From Candidatus Arthromitus sp. SFB-mouse-Japan (GTDB taxonomy: Bacteria; Bacillota; Clostridia; Clostridiales; Clostridiaceae), in assembly GCF_000270205.1 (NCBI RefSeq), contig NC_015913.1:1070188-1102187 (forward strand): a stretch of 32,000 nucleotides of DNA, given 5' to 3'. The notes below the pieces were generated by a model. The model saw only the letters and a program-made list of their open reading frames with translations, was not told where the DNA came from and did no database searches. The translations under genes were made by a program, and so were the position numbers. Positions 1 to 9,327 of the stretch are shown in pieces (the stretch's first letter is position 1; every line of letters begins with the position of its first letter).

Positions 1-21
1 CCAATTTTTAAAAATAAAGGA

Positions 22-1008
22 ATGGAATTCTCAAATAATTTCTATAAAATTTTATTTGAATATAATAATAACGCTAAATTACTTTTTAAAGAAAATAGCT
101 TAAAAAATGATGAGCAAATAAAAGATACGTCGTTTCTTTTTGTATCCATCTTTGAAAACGTAAACAACATTGATAAAATTATTCCTATTATAAAAGAATT
201 TGTAAATAAACATATGAACATAAATTCTAATATTAAAATAGACTCTTGTCAGATTATTAAAGAAGCTTTCTTATCATCTTTTAAGAAAACATTTAACGAA
301 ATTGCTACAAATGAACTTATAACTGCATATTCCGATATATATGACCTAATTTCTAGAGAATTATGTGATAAGAAAAATAATTCGGGATACAAAAATGAAC
401 ATGAATTCATTCAAGACCCTTGGGCAAGAATTACTACAAGAAATGGACTTGCTGGAGATGAGGTTATATCTTCACTTCAAAAGTGTATAAGACGTGGTCT
501 TGTTGAAGATGCTTGTAAATTTGCATATGAAATGTACATCACATCCCCACAAATGGAAGATAAACTTTGGAGAAGACTTGTTACTATAACTGTTGAGGAT
601 ATTGGTATGGGTGATGTTAATGCCCCAATATTAATAAACACATTAAACGAAATGAGAAAAAATTACGCATATGCTGACGGAGACAGACCAATATTTTTCA
701 TACATGCAATAAGATATTTATGTGCTTGTCAGAAAGATCGTTCAAGTGATCTACTTAAAAATATAGTTATAAAAAGTTTTGCTATGGGATTTATTCCTGA
801 GATTCCAGACTTTGCTTTAGATAAACACACTATAAGAGGTGCAAAAATGGGACGTGATTCATTCCACTTCTTAAACGAAGCAAGTAAAGTAATTCCCCAA
901 CTTCCAATAGACAATGACTATAAACAACGTTATGAAGAAATACTAAAGACCTATAATCCTGATAATGTTTGTAAATCAGCATTTAAATACAATCCTTGGC
1001 AAGAATAA
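22..1008 (+). CDS. Protein with RarA/MgsA (AAA+ recombination factor) C-terminal-like domain; possibly 5'-truncated by the window edge
   Basis: Motifs 'ISSLQKCIRRGLVEDACKFAYEM...LWRRLVTITVEDIGMGD' and 'DKHTIRGAKMGRDSFHF' resemble the MgsA/RarA C-terminal domain. No Walker motifs are visible. The frame is open upstream to base 1, and AAAGG sits directly next to the annotated ATG, so the start is uncertain. Confidence 0.6.
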   Translation: MEFSNNFYKILFEYNNNAKLLFKENSLKNDEQIKDTSFLFVSIFENVNNIDKIIPIIKEFVNKHMNINSNIKIDSCQIIKEAFLSSFKKTFNEIATNELITAYSDIYDLISRELCDKKNNSGYKNEHEFIQDPWARITTRNGLAGDEVISSLQKCIRRGLVEDACKFAYEMYITSPQMEDKLWRRLVTITVEDIGMGDVNAPILINTLNEMRKNYAYADGDRPIFFIHAIRYLCACQKDRSSDLLKNIVIKSFAMGFIPEIPDFALDKHTIRGAKMGRDSFHFLNEASKVIPQLPIDNDYKQRYEEILKTYNPDNVCKSAFKYNPWQE

Positions 1009-1029
1009 TAGAACGAGAGGTTATAAAAA

Positions 1030-2325
1030 ATGAAATCAAGTTCAATGTTTGAAAAATTAGATAAAGCACTATCTCCTATAAGTACAAAAATAGCTAATCA
1101 ACGTCATTTAAGAGCCGTTTCAACGGGTATGATGTTAACATTACCTTTAATTGTAATTGGTTCACTGTTTCTTATAATAGCGAATCCTCCGGTAAACCCT
1201 GATATAATTGATCCTAATACTACAAATATATTTTTAAAATTCCTTCTTTTATGGAAATCATTTGCTGTACAAAATTATTCTCTAATCACTACGCCATACG
1301 ATATGACAATGGGACTTTTAGGACTTGCATCAGCATTCACAATTTCATACGCTTTGGCTAATGAATACAAAATGAAAAGCATAATGTCTGGTCTTATATC
1401 AATGTGTGTGTACTTTATGGTATCTGCAACAGTAATTGACGGAAATATATCAACAGCATTTTTAGGATCTGATGGATTATTTGTAGCCATAATTATTAGT
1501 CTTTTATCAGTCGAAATAACTAGATTAATAGAAAGAAAAGGATTCCAGATTAAAATGCCAGATAGCGTTCCCCCTGCAGTAACATCATTTATAAATTCAA
1601 TGTTCCCACTACTCGCAAACATTTTAATAATCTATGGCATAAATGTAATAATAAAAGTAAATTTTGATATGTCAATACCTCAAGCCATAATGTCTATATT
1701 AAACCCTGCTCTTTCTGTTGTTGACAATTTATGGGGATTCCTATTAATTATGACATTTGGTAATTTATTATGGATTATTGGCGTTAATGGTACATCAATA
1801 ATATTCCCAATCGTATTCACTCTTGGGATAACTAATACTGGATTAAATGCCGATTTAATTGCATCTGGTCAAGCTCCAAATTTTTTAATGAACTTACAAA
1901 TGTTTAGGGTCACAGTACTTGGTGGAGCTGGGAATACATTAGGACTTGTAATTTTAATGTTATGGAGTAAATCTGTTCATTTAAAATCCCTAGGTAAACT
2001 CTCTATTATTCCAGGAATATGCGGAATCAATGAACCTATAATTTTTGGTGGACCAATCGTATTTAATGCAATATTAGCAATACCATTTTTATTAACTCCA
2101 ATAATAACGGTAAGTATGACATATTTTGCACAGAAAATTGGATTAATAGGACTTGGATATTTAGTTGATCCATCATTTACTCCTTTCTTTGCTCAAGCTT
2201 ATTTATCATCATTAGACTTTAGAAATGTTATATTTTCATTCTTTTTAGTTCTTGTAAGTCTTGTCATATATTATCCCTTTTTCAAAGTTTACGAGAAAAA
2301 CACACTAATCAAGGAAGCTAAATAA
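1030..2325 (+). CDS. PTS sugar transporter subunit IIC (cellobiose/lichenan CelB-like)
   Basis: Multi-TM protein. 'MFEKLDKALSPISTKIANQRHLRAVSTGMMLTLPLIVIGSLFLI' and 'PGICGINEPIIFGGPIVFNAILAIPF' are typical of lactose/cellobiose-family EIIC. Confidence 0.9.
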   Translation: MKSSSMFEKLDKALSPISTKIANQRHLRAVSTGMMLTLPLIVIGSLFLIIANPPVNPDIIDPNTTNIFLKFLLLWKSFAVQNYSLITTPYDMTMGLLGLASAFTISYALANEYKMKSIMSGLISMCVYFMVSATVIDGNISTAFLGSDGLFVAIIISLLSVEITRLIERKGFQIKMPDSVPPAVTSFINSMFPLLANILIIYGINVIIKVNFDMSIPQAIMSILNPALSVVDNLWGFLLIMTFGNLLWIIGVNGTSIIFPIVFTLGITNTGLNADLIASGQAPNFLMNLQMFRVTVLGGAGNTLGLVILMLWSKSVHLKSLGKLSIIPGICGINEPIIFGGPIVFNAILAIPFLLTPIITVSMTYFAQKIGLIGLGYLVDPSFTPFFAQAYLSSLDFRNVIFSFFLVLVSLVIYYPFFKVYEKNTLIKEAK

Positions 2326-2330
2326 AAACA

Positions 2331-2365
2331 ATTAAAGGTATAGCAGTTTTAGCTATACCTTTAAT
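2331..2365. terminator. Bidirectional hairpin terminator between convergent genes
   Basis: attaaaggtatagc / gctatacctttaat, a perfect 14-bp stem with a 7-nt loop. Confidence 0.8.
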
Positions 2366-2367
2366 AA

Positions 2368-3363
2368 TTAATTTATGAAACTAATATCTTGATCTTTTGG
2401 AATCTCTATATATTTAATTTTTGTATTATTAAGTTCTTTTTTAAGATCAATACAAGAAATTCTTCTATTAGTTGTTAAAGAGAAATAATATTTCAGGCTT
2501 TCAGAGCACATTATATCTATACTTTGTGTGAACTCAAAATCTGATCCCTTATCTGTTTGAAGCCCAACTATTCCTTCTGCCATATAAACTGTTGAAAACA
2601 TATTAAACATTCTTGTTACTCCATCAAGCTCATCATTCCCCTTAGGAGAAAAATTTTTAGTAAGAGCAACTCTTATAAAACGATCAGTTGAAGCATATCC
2701 TCCTGGGAATCTTAACCCCCACACACCAAAAGCCTTAAACTCTTTTCCACATATAGTATCTTGTTTTACTCCAAGTGGTGATTGCCCCAAATAATTCCTA
2801 ATATTTTGTTCATGCCATTCATAGTTAGGACTATTTGTCATAACACCTATAGTATTTCTATGTACAGTAACTCCTCCTTCATTAGGTTCAACAATTATCG
2901 CCTCACCTGTAGAATCAAAAAATATAAAATGAACTCTTATTTCATTCCCAAATACCTTCTCACTACTAAAGTTTATTGCTTTAGCCTCTCTCTCTACCTC
3001 ATCTAAAGTTTTACAAGTAGACAACATATAGGTAACTATAAATGACGGATTAACACTAACACTATAATTATCATTTGTATCATAACAAGCAAAACCTGGA
3101 TAATTTAGAAGTGCACCCATAAGTCCATGTTCATTGATTCCATCAACAAGAAATGGTGTATCTAGACCGTTTATATTCATTCCTGTTACTACATATTCTG
3201 ATTTCACCATACTCTTAGTTTCAATAAGTGTACTAAACTCATAATTCCTTGGAATAACAACGAATGAATTACTATCTAAATTCCCAAAATAATCATAAGT
3301 TCTTCCGAGCAAATGTTTCCCGTCAATTGTCTGCCATGAAAAACTACTACAACCAATATTCAT
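2368..3363 (-). CDS. Linear amide C-N hydrolase, choloylglycine hydrolase / penicillin V acylase family
   Basis: Ntn-hydrolase N-terminus 'MNIGCSSFSWQTIDGKHLLGRTYDYF...VIPRNYEF' resembles penicillin V acylase MLGCSS. The track start at 3375 is TTG; ATG at 3363 is preferred and leaves a short propeptide before Cys. Confidence 0.88.
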   Translation of the reverse strand: MNIGCSSFSWQTIDGKHLLGRTYDYFGNLDSNSFVVIPRNYEFSTLIETKSMVKSEYVVTGMNINGLDTPFLVDGINEHGLMGALLNYPGFACYDTNDNYSVSVNPSFIVTYMLSTCKTLDEVEREAKAINFSSEKVFGNEIRVHFIFFDSTGEAIIVEPNEGGVTVHRNTIGVMTNSPNYEWHEQNIRNYLGQSPLGVKQDTICGKEFKAFGVWGLRFPGGYASTDRFIRVALTKNFSPKGNDELDGVTRMFNMFSTVYMAEGIVGLQTDKGSDFEFTQSIDIMCSESLKYYFSLTTNRRISCIDLKKELNNTKIKYIEIPKDQDISFIN

Positions 3364-3524
3364 ATCGATTACCAACCTTCAAATTTTATAATAATTTATT
3401 ATACTCTTAATTTTAAGAATTAGCCAAAACACTCAAAAATTTTTTAGAGTATTTAATTCAAATATTGCAAACAATAATTATGTTTAATGATTTTTTACAT
3501 TGCAAATTATCAGGAGTGAAATTA

Positions 3525-5135
3525 ATGAAAAATATAGAAAATAATAATTTATTTCCAATAAGTTTATTAATAGATCGAATCATTTCTAAATTTAACCCCA
3601 CAAATTGCAACAACTTACATATAGTTTATTCTCTTGTATTTGATAATCAAGATCCTATTTATTTGGAAGTTAAAGATGGATTTTGTAAACTTTTAGATCA
3701 TATCCCTTCACACATAAATACGACAATCAAAACAACTCACGCAATTTGGCAAAAAATTTGCTTAAATGAAGCATCACTACAACACGCATTAGAAGAAAAT
3801 CTAGTTAAATGTGATGGAGAAATCAAAAATTATATGTTGCTATGCAACTTACTCAATAAAGATTTACCTGATGATATCAAAAACTCTAATGCATTCTCAA
3901 TTACTAAAACAACAACTGAAGAAATCAGTACAGAAAATAAAGAATTGCTACCACACCCAAATACCATAACGAAAATTGAAACTCCTTCAAATATCATAAC
4001 TATAACAGAAACTCAAAATCCTGAAGTCAAAATAAATGGATCTACCCCTATAGATAACACAGCAATAGCAAACTTAGATAATTTAAAAAATAAGAACGTG
4101 GAAATACAAGATAAGAAAGTTCACAAACGTCAAAAAAAGAAGAAAGAAGAAAAGAAATGCAAGAAAATTATTGTCAAAGAAAATAAAAAACCTCAAAAAA
4201 TAAAAGCTCCTAAACCACCAAAAGTTAAAAATAAATATAAAAATTTTATTTCAGCTAATTCCCTATTAAGTGTAATGGTAGCCAACTTCAACCCTACACA
4301 ATCAAATAATCTAAATCTATCATATAAATTTATATTTGAAAATTCAAAACCAATTTATCTTGAAATTAAAAATAAAACCGCAAAATTACGTCATCGATTT
4401 AATGAGGAAGTAAACACTACAATAACATCAACTTATAAAACATGGTATGAAATTATTTTTAAGGATTTAAAAATTGAAACTGCATTATTAGATGGAAAAA
4501 TTAAATGCGATGGGGAAGTCAAAAATTTAAAAATTTTACGTGAATTATTTAAAACTAATAGTGAAAACAAACAACTAAAAACAACAAATTTAAATCTCAA
4601 TCCTATTATTTGGTTTGTACTCGCTATAATACCATGGTTATTTTACTGGATAGGTATAGATACTTTTAATTCACTAATTACTTCTACATTTGCAATACTA
4701 TACACTACAATTTTTGTAACATTTATAAAACCCTCAAAGTTTAGAAAAATTACAAAACTTGAAGCATTAACATTAATTGTCTTTCCATTTTACAATCTAT
4801 TTAATGTATTAAATCCAGTAGTATTTAATGAAATAGTCTCATCTTTTTTTCTTAACATAATACTAATTTTGATGTTCTTTATGAGTTCAGGATGTGAAAT
4901 ATCAGCTATGTCAGAATATTCTGAAATTTCATACAATTCTACAATTTCTGAAACACTGTTATTTAAGATTATAAATAAAAATTTAACAATATTATGGTCA
5001 ATTATATTTACAATTAGATTTATTTTATCCTTGATTTTAGAAACACCTCTATATAATGTATCTTATATATTTATTATATTAGGAATAATTATTTCATGGA
5101 TATATTTAAAATTAAAACTTAATATTAAGGACTAA
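3525..5135 (+). CDS. Membrane protein with two SCP2-like domains, a Lys-rich linker and a multi-TM C-terminus
   Basis: ATG at 3525 is preceded by AGGAGTG (3512-3518); the track start at 3465 is TTG with no clear SD. Two homologous blocks share the pattern 'NNL.(I/L).Y..(V/I)F(D/E)N..PIYLE(V/I)K...K...(H/N)(I/T)T...W..I......I...L...(L/G)..KCDGE(I/V)KN'. The C-terminus is strongly hydrophobic. Confidence 0.7.
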   Translation: MKNIENNNLFPISLLIDRIISKFNPTNCNNLHIVYSLVFDNQDPIYLEVKDGFCKLLDHIPSHINTTIKTTHAIWQKICLNEASLQHALEENLVKCDGEIKNYMLLCNLLNKDLPDDIKNSNAFSITKTTTEEISTENKELLPHPNTITKIETPSNIITITETQNPEVKINGSTPIDNTAIANLDNLKNKNVEIQDKKVHKRQKKKKEEKKCKKIIVKENKKPQKIKAPKPPKVKNKYKNFISANSLLSVMVANFNPTQSNNLNLSYKFIFENSKPIYLEIKNKTAKLRHRFNEEVNTTITSTYKTWYEIIFKDLKIETALLDGKIKCDGEVKNLKILRELFKTNSENKQLKTTNLNLNPIIWFVLAIIPWLFYWIGIDTFNSLITSTFAILYTTIFVTFIKPSKFRKITKLEALTLIVFPFYNLFNVLNPVVFNEIVSSFFLNIILILMFFMSSGCEISAMSEYSEISYNSTISETLLFKIINKNLTILWSIIFTIRFILSLILETPLYNVSYIFIILGIIISWIYLKLKLNIKD

Positions 5136-5158
5136 AATATATTAATATTTTAGTCCTT
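5127..5158 (+). terminator. Rho-independent terminator
   Basis: aaggactaaaatat-atta-atattttagtcctt followed by a T run. Confidence 0.85.
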
Positions 5159-5324
5159 TTTTATTTACATTTAGTTTTATTTTTTAATATTGACGTAATG
5201 TTAATTATTTTTTATACTATTCCTGCAGTCACATTTTTGCATAAAACCAAAAAGTATTACAAAAAAAATATCACATAGTAATAAAAAATATTAAATTTTT
5301 CTAAAGGGTTGGTGATTTATTTCA

Positions 5325-6716
5325 ATGGAAAATTCATTTCTGAGTGGATTTTTAATGGTAAGCAATCCTTTAACGCTTACATTTTTAGTTTCATTAATAC
5401 TATTGTTTGGCATCATGGTATTCTTGAAGAAAAAACATATAAGCTTTTCAATCAGAACAATAATAGGGACAATTATCGGTATTTTATTGGGTGTGGTAAT
5501 CCAGTTAGTATCTAGAACTCCTGAGAATCCACTAGATATTACTTGGATTAATGAAACAACAAAATGGTATTCACTATTTGGTAATGGATTTATCGATTTG
5601 ATAAGAATGATTGTTATTCCTCTAATTGTTATATCAATTATTCATGTTATTATTTCAATTAAAAATTCATCAAATATAAAAAACCTCACATCAAAAACCA
5701 TTTTCGGATTTATTGTAAATGTTCTTATAGCATCCATTATAGGTATAGTAGTTGCCCAATTGTTCAAATTAGGAATATCAGGAAATGTAGTTTCTTCATC
5801 TGTAAAGATAAAAGAAGTTAAAAATTTCGTTGATATACTAAGAAATTTAATTCCAAAAAATCCAATTGAAGCAATGGTTAATACAAATATAATTGCTGTT
5901 GTAATTTTTTCTGCATTTGTTGGGATTGCAACCAAAAAGATGGCTTCAATTTATAAAACTCAAATCAGTACTTTTGTTAATTTAATTGATGCTCTTCATA
6001 AAATAATAGTTAGTATTGCAATGTCAATAATAAGTCTAATACCTTACGCAGTTATTCCACTAATGGCGAATTCAATTGCACAACGAGGTTTAAAATCAAT
6101 TTTAGAAGTTTTGACATTTATAGTAGCTATGTATGTTGCAATGGCCATAATGTTTGTGGTTCATTTGATAGCCTTATCGATATTTGGATTAAATCCGATT
6201 ATCTATTTAAAAAAATCTATCGCTCCTCTGTTCCTTGCATTCACTTCAAGATCTAGCCTAGGAACGCTACCTGTTGCCGTTGAATCTTTAACAGATTCTA
6301 TGGGTGCTACTGACTCAACTTCCGCCTTTGTTATGGGGCTTGGTTCTACAGCAGGACAGGCTGGTTGTGCCGGAGTGTTTGGTGCAATGGTTATCATTAC
6401 TATAGCAAATATGAGTTCTACACCAATGACATTTTCATTTTATTTAATGTCGGTTTTAGTTGTAACTATAAGCTCATTTGGTATTGCAGGTATCCCTGGT
6501 GGTGGACATACTGTTGCCTCATCAGTTTTATCTGGTACGGGATTAGCTCCATATTTTGAACTTGTTGGACCAATATTAGCTGTTGATCCTATAATAGATA
6601 TGGGGAGAACACTTTTAAATATAAACGGTGCTATGACCATATCACTAATTGTTGATAAATCATTAAATCAACTAGATATAGAAAAGTTTAACAATGAGAG
6701 TCTAAAAATAAATTAA
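5325..6716 (+). CDS. tcyP: Dicarboxylate/amino acid:cation symporter (DAACS), TcyP-like L-cystine uptake
   Basis: 'AFTSRSSLGTLPVAVESLTDSMG' and 'STAGQAGCAGVFGAMVI...GIPGGGHTVASSVLSGTGL' are characteristic of the DAACS family, closest to TcyP-type proteins. Confidence 0.82.
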   Translation: MENSFLSGFLMVSNPLTLTFLVSLILLFGIMVFLKKKHISFSIRTIIGTIIGILLGVVIQLVSRTPENPLDITWINETTKWYSLFGNGFIDLIRMIVIPLIVISIIHVIISIKNSSNIKNLTSKTIFGFIVNVLIASIIGIVVAQLFKLGISGNVVSSSVKIKEVKNFVDILRNLIPKNPIEAMVNTNIIAVVIFSAFVGIATKKMASIYKTQISTFVNLIDALHKIIVSIAMSIISLIPYAVIPLMANSIAQRGLKSILEVLTFIVAMYVAMAIMFVVHLIALSIFGLNPIIYLKKSIAPLFLAFTSRSSLGTLPVAVESLTDSMGATDSTSAFVMGLGSTAGQAGCAGVFGAMVIITIANMSSTPMTFSFYLMSVLVVTISSFGIAGIPGGGHTVASSVLSGTGLAPYFELVGPILAVDPIIDMGRTLLNINGAMTISLIVDKSLNQLDIEKFNNESLKIN

Positions 6717-6756
6717 ACACTTTGTAAAAATAAAACATAAAACAATCCAAAAATGA

Positions 6757-6782
6757 CGGGTATAGATTTTTATCTATACCCG
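6757..6782. terminator. Hairpin between convergent genes
   Basis: cgggtatagat-tttt-atctatacccg, an 11-bp perfect stem; the T tract is weak. Confidence 0.6.
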
Positions 6783-6817
6783 CTTTGAAAATATAAAAAT
6801 CTTCTAACATTCAAAAA

Positions 6818-7579
6818 TTAATACTCTTTCAAAATTCCTTTTAGCTTTGCTAATACCCTTTTTTCAATACGAGAAACCTGTACCTGACTAATTCCAAGTA
6901 CAGATGCTACTTGAATTTGTGTCTTATCTTTAAAATATCTAAGCATTATAATTTGCCTACTTTTTTCATCAAGTTTACTTATCATTTCTTTTAACACGAG
7001 CCTATTTAAAATAATTGAATCATCAGAAACTTTTTCTTCAATTTTATCGATCAAAAGAATTGGTGATCCGTCGTCTTGATGTACAGTATCGTATAAATAC
7101 TGCGTACTTGAACAAGAATCTATAGCCAAAATTATATCATCAACACTTAATTTAGTATATTCAGCCAATTCATAAACCGTTGGTTCTCTATTCAATTCTT
7201 TTGTAAGCTCATCACGCTTAAACATTATTTTTCTTGATATCCCTTTTACATTTCTACTAATTTTAACGATTCCATCATCTCTCAAAAACCTTTTTATTTC
7301 ACCCAAAATCATAGGAACCGCATAAGTAGAGAATTTAACATTATAATCGCTATTAAAATTTTTAATAGCTTTAATAAGTCCAAGTGCTCCAACTTGGTAA
7401 ATATCATCATAATCATATCCCCTACCTAAAAATTTTTTACTTAGTGATGCAACTAATGGTAAATTAATTTCCAAGAGCAAATCTTCAGCTTTTTTATCTC
7501 CATCTTTAACTCTCTTTAAGAGCTCATCATTTTCATAATGACGTAAAGTATTACTGGAGACTGCATTTTCATGTGCCAT
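6818..7579 (-). CDS. sigF: RNA polymerase sporulation sigma factor SigF
   Basis: Sigma-70 family regions 2-4 ('DDIYQVGALGLIKAIKNFN..YNVKFSTYAVPMILGEIKRFLRDDG', 'KTQIQVASVLGISQVQVSRIEK'), located directly after spoIIAB. Confidence 0.96.
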   Translation of the reverse strand: MAHENAVSSNTLRHYENDELLKRVKDGDKKAEDLLLEINLPLVASLSKKFLGRGYDYDDIYQVGALGLIKAIKNFNSDYNVKFSTYAVPMILGEIKRFLRDDGIVKISRNVKGISRKIMFKRDELTKELNREPTVYELAEYTKLSVDDIILAIDSCSSTQYLYDTVHQDDGSPILLIDKIEEKVSDDSIILNRLVLKEMISKLDEKSRQIIMLRYFKDKTQIQVASVLGISQVQVSRIEKRVLAKLKGILKEY

Positions 7580-7591
7580 TATACACTCACC

Positions 7592-8038
7592 TTACTTTTT
7601 TATATACTTTACCATTCTAATATGAGTTCCTTTATCCTTGCCACTCTCCACATATAATTCATCCATAAAGCTTTCCATCACAGAAAATCCCATACCTGAA
7701 CGCTCAAGATCAGGTCTTGATGTATACAAAGGCTCTCTTGCCTGAACAATATCATCAATTCCACATCCATGGTCTATAACACTTATTATAACTTTGTATT
7801 TGTCATTTTCATTTTCTTCTTCATCTTCGATACTAACATTAATAATCACATTAGTACTTTTATCTTCATTATAGCCATGTATTATAGCATTAGTAACAGC
7901 TTCTGATACTGCAGTTTTAACATCACTAATCTCTTCGAGCGTTGGGTCCAATTGAGCAATAAACGCAGCAACAGCAACCCTAGCAAAACTTTCATTGCTA
8001 GATCTACTGCTTAAAGTTAAACTCATAGTATTTTGCAT
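7592..8038 (-). CDS. spoIIAB: Anti-sigma F factor SpoIIAB
   Basis: GHKL kinase motifs '[11 protein letters not shown]' and 'DHGCGI...[12 protein letters not shown]'. ATG at 8038 is preceded by AGGGGG; the track start at 8056 lies upstream of this SD. Confidence 0.96.
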   Translation of the reverse strand: MQNTMSLTLSSRSSNESFARVAVAAFIAQLDPTLEEISDVKTAVSEAVTNAIIHGYNEDKSTNVIINVSIEDEEENENDKYKVIISVIDHGCGIDDIVQAREPLYTSRPDLERSGMGFSVMESFMDELYVESGKDKGTHIRMVKYIKK

Positions 8039-8048
8039 ACAAATCCCC

Positions 8049-8384
8049 CTAAGCATTATTCATAACCTCTGTCAAATCACTATGTATTTTCACAATCTTA
8101 CTAATACCCGACAATTCAATAACTTTTTTGATCGTTTTATTCAAATTAATTAAAAACACTTGTCCATTCTTAGCTGTTATTTTCTTATGTCTTCCGATTA
8201 TTATTCCAATACCTGAACTATCCATAAACGAAACGTTTTTAAAATCAAAAACTAAATTTTTAGAAGTGGACGTATCTATGTAGTAATCTATTTTTATCCT
8301 TATGTATTCAGCCGAATGATGATCTAATTCTCCATTAAGATAAGCTACAATGGTATTATTTTGTTCTTCACAAAAAACTTCCAA
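8049..8384 (-). CDS. spoIIAA: Anti-anti-sigma factor SpoIIAA
   Basis: STAS domain: '[16 protein letters not shown]' and '[23 protein letters not shown]'. TTG at 8384 has SD AGAAAGG at 9-nt spacing, whereas the ATG at 8393 abuts that SD. Confidence 0.95.
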   Translation of the reverse strand: MEVFCEEQNNTIVAYLNGELDHHSAEYIRIKIDYYIDTSTSKNLVFDFKNVSFMDSSGIGIIIGRHKKITAKNGQVFLINLNKTIKKVIELSGISKIVKIHSDLTEVMNNA

Positions 8385-8456
8385 AAAAAACATCCTTTCT
8401 AAAAAACGAATTTGGGATATCTTGAATATGTAAAAATTTTACAATATTATAATAAT

Positions 8457-8488
8457 AAATTCAACATAAAAATATAAATATTTTCTAT
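8457..8488 (-). promoter_or_regulatory. Candidate SigH promoter of the spoIIA operon
   Basis: Minus strand ATAGAAAAT - N14 - GTTGAATTT against consensus RNAGGAWWW...RNNGAATWW. There is one -35 mismatch and the spacer is slightly long. Confidence 0.4.
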
Positions 8489-8503
8489 ATTATAATAAAA
8501 AAA

Positions 8504-8533
8504 TTTCAGTACACAAAATTTTATGTACTGAAA
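8504..8533 (-). terminator. Rho-independent terminator of the hypothetical gene
   Basis: tttcagtaca/tgtactgaaa stem; T tract on the minus-strand side. Confidence 0.75.
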
Positions 8534-8540
8534 ACTTCTA

Positions 8541-9203
8541 CTACTTTGTTAATTGTATAATCTTAACAATATCATTTATTTTATATATCAAATGATCACT
8601 ATTTTTCATAACAAGAGATATATTTTCATCTTCATAAAGTTTCTTGAATAGTTTCAATTTGTGTTCAACATCTAGTAAAAATTTTTCATTTACTGCTTGT
8701 ACCGATACGTCATTCTTATATGTAACTGAATCATTTATTTTTCCTAATATAAAAGATAAAACACTGTCTAAATCTTCATTTAATAAATACAAATAAATTT
8801 CAACAATACATAAAAGATCAATTTCTTCCAAAAGGTCAACAAGCTTTACACACAAATTGATATCAAACTTATTTTTTAATGTCATCCCTCTTAATATAGA
8901 ACTTATATGAAATAAAATATTTTTTACATCATCGTTACTAAAAATCCCATTACAAATATTTTTGATATGTCCAACATTGATAGATCTATTTCTAATGTGA
9001 GCATTTAAGTTTAGTTGATTAATATAGCTTCTTACGATTTCAAAAATTCTCCCCGAAAAATCGCTAAATAATTTATAGAAAGTATTTCGAAATTCGTTTA
9101 ATACTTTTGAATAATCAAAGGAATCCTCTAAGTCATTTAATAATTCTATAGCATTATGACCTTCATTAAATAAGAAAAAATATCTTTCATTGCAGTATTT
9201 CAT
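8541..9203 (-). CDS. Hypothetical protein, mostly helical, encoded upstream of spoIIA
   Basis: 220-aa intact ORF with its own terminator; no family recognised. Confidence 0.65.
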   Translation of the reverse strand: MKYCNERYFFLFNEGHNAIELLNDLEDSFDYSKVLNEFRNTFYKLFSDFSGRIFEIVRSYINQLNLNAHIRNRSINVGHIKNICNGIFSNDDVKNILFHISSILRGMTLKNKFDINLCVKLVDLLEEIDLLCIVEIYLYLLNEDLDSVLSFILGKINDSVTYKNDVSVQAVNEKFLLDVEHKLKLFKKLYEDENISLVMKNSDHLIYKINDIVKIIQLTK

Positions 9204-9305
9204 CTGATTTTTACTCCTTATTTATTACCAAATTATTAACTAATTATTATTATTTTAACATATTATTTACTTTTTCTTCAATATATTTTGATCTAAAAAA
9301 CAAAA

Positions 9306-9327
9306 AAAACCTCCTTCAGGAGGTTTT
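9306..9327 (-). terminator. Rho-independent terminator
   Basis: aaaacctcc-ttca-ggaggtttt with the T run on the minus strand; overlaps the stop codon. Confidence 0.85.

Noticed and set aside
729-3006. ORFs 729-914 (-), 1275-1622 (-) and 2782-3006 (+)
   Set aside because: Antisense to clearly identifiable genes and without domain evidence.
5309-6640. Small ORFs 5309-5515 (+), 5642-5935 (-), 6203-6397 (-), 6365-6559 (+), 6440-6640 (-)
   Set aside because: All overlap the well-supported symporter gene in other frames.
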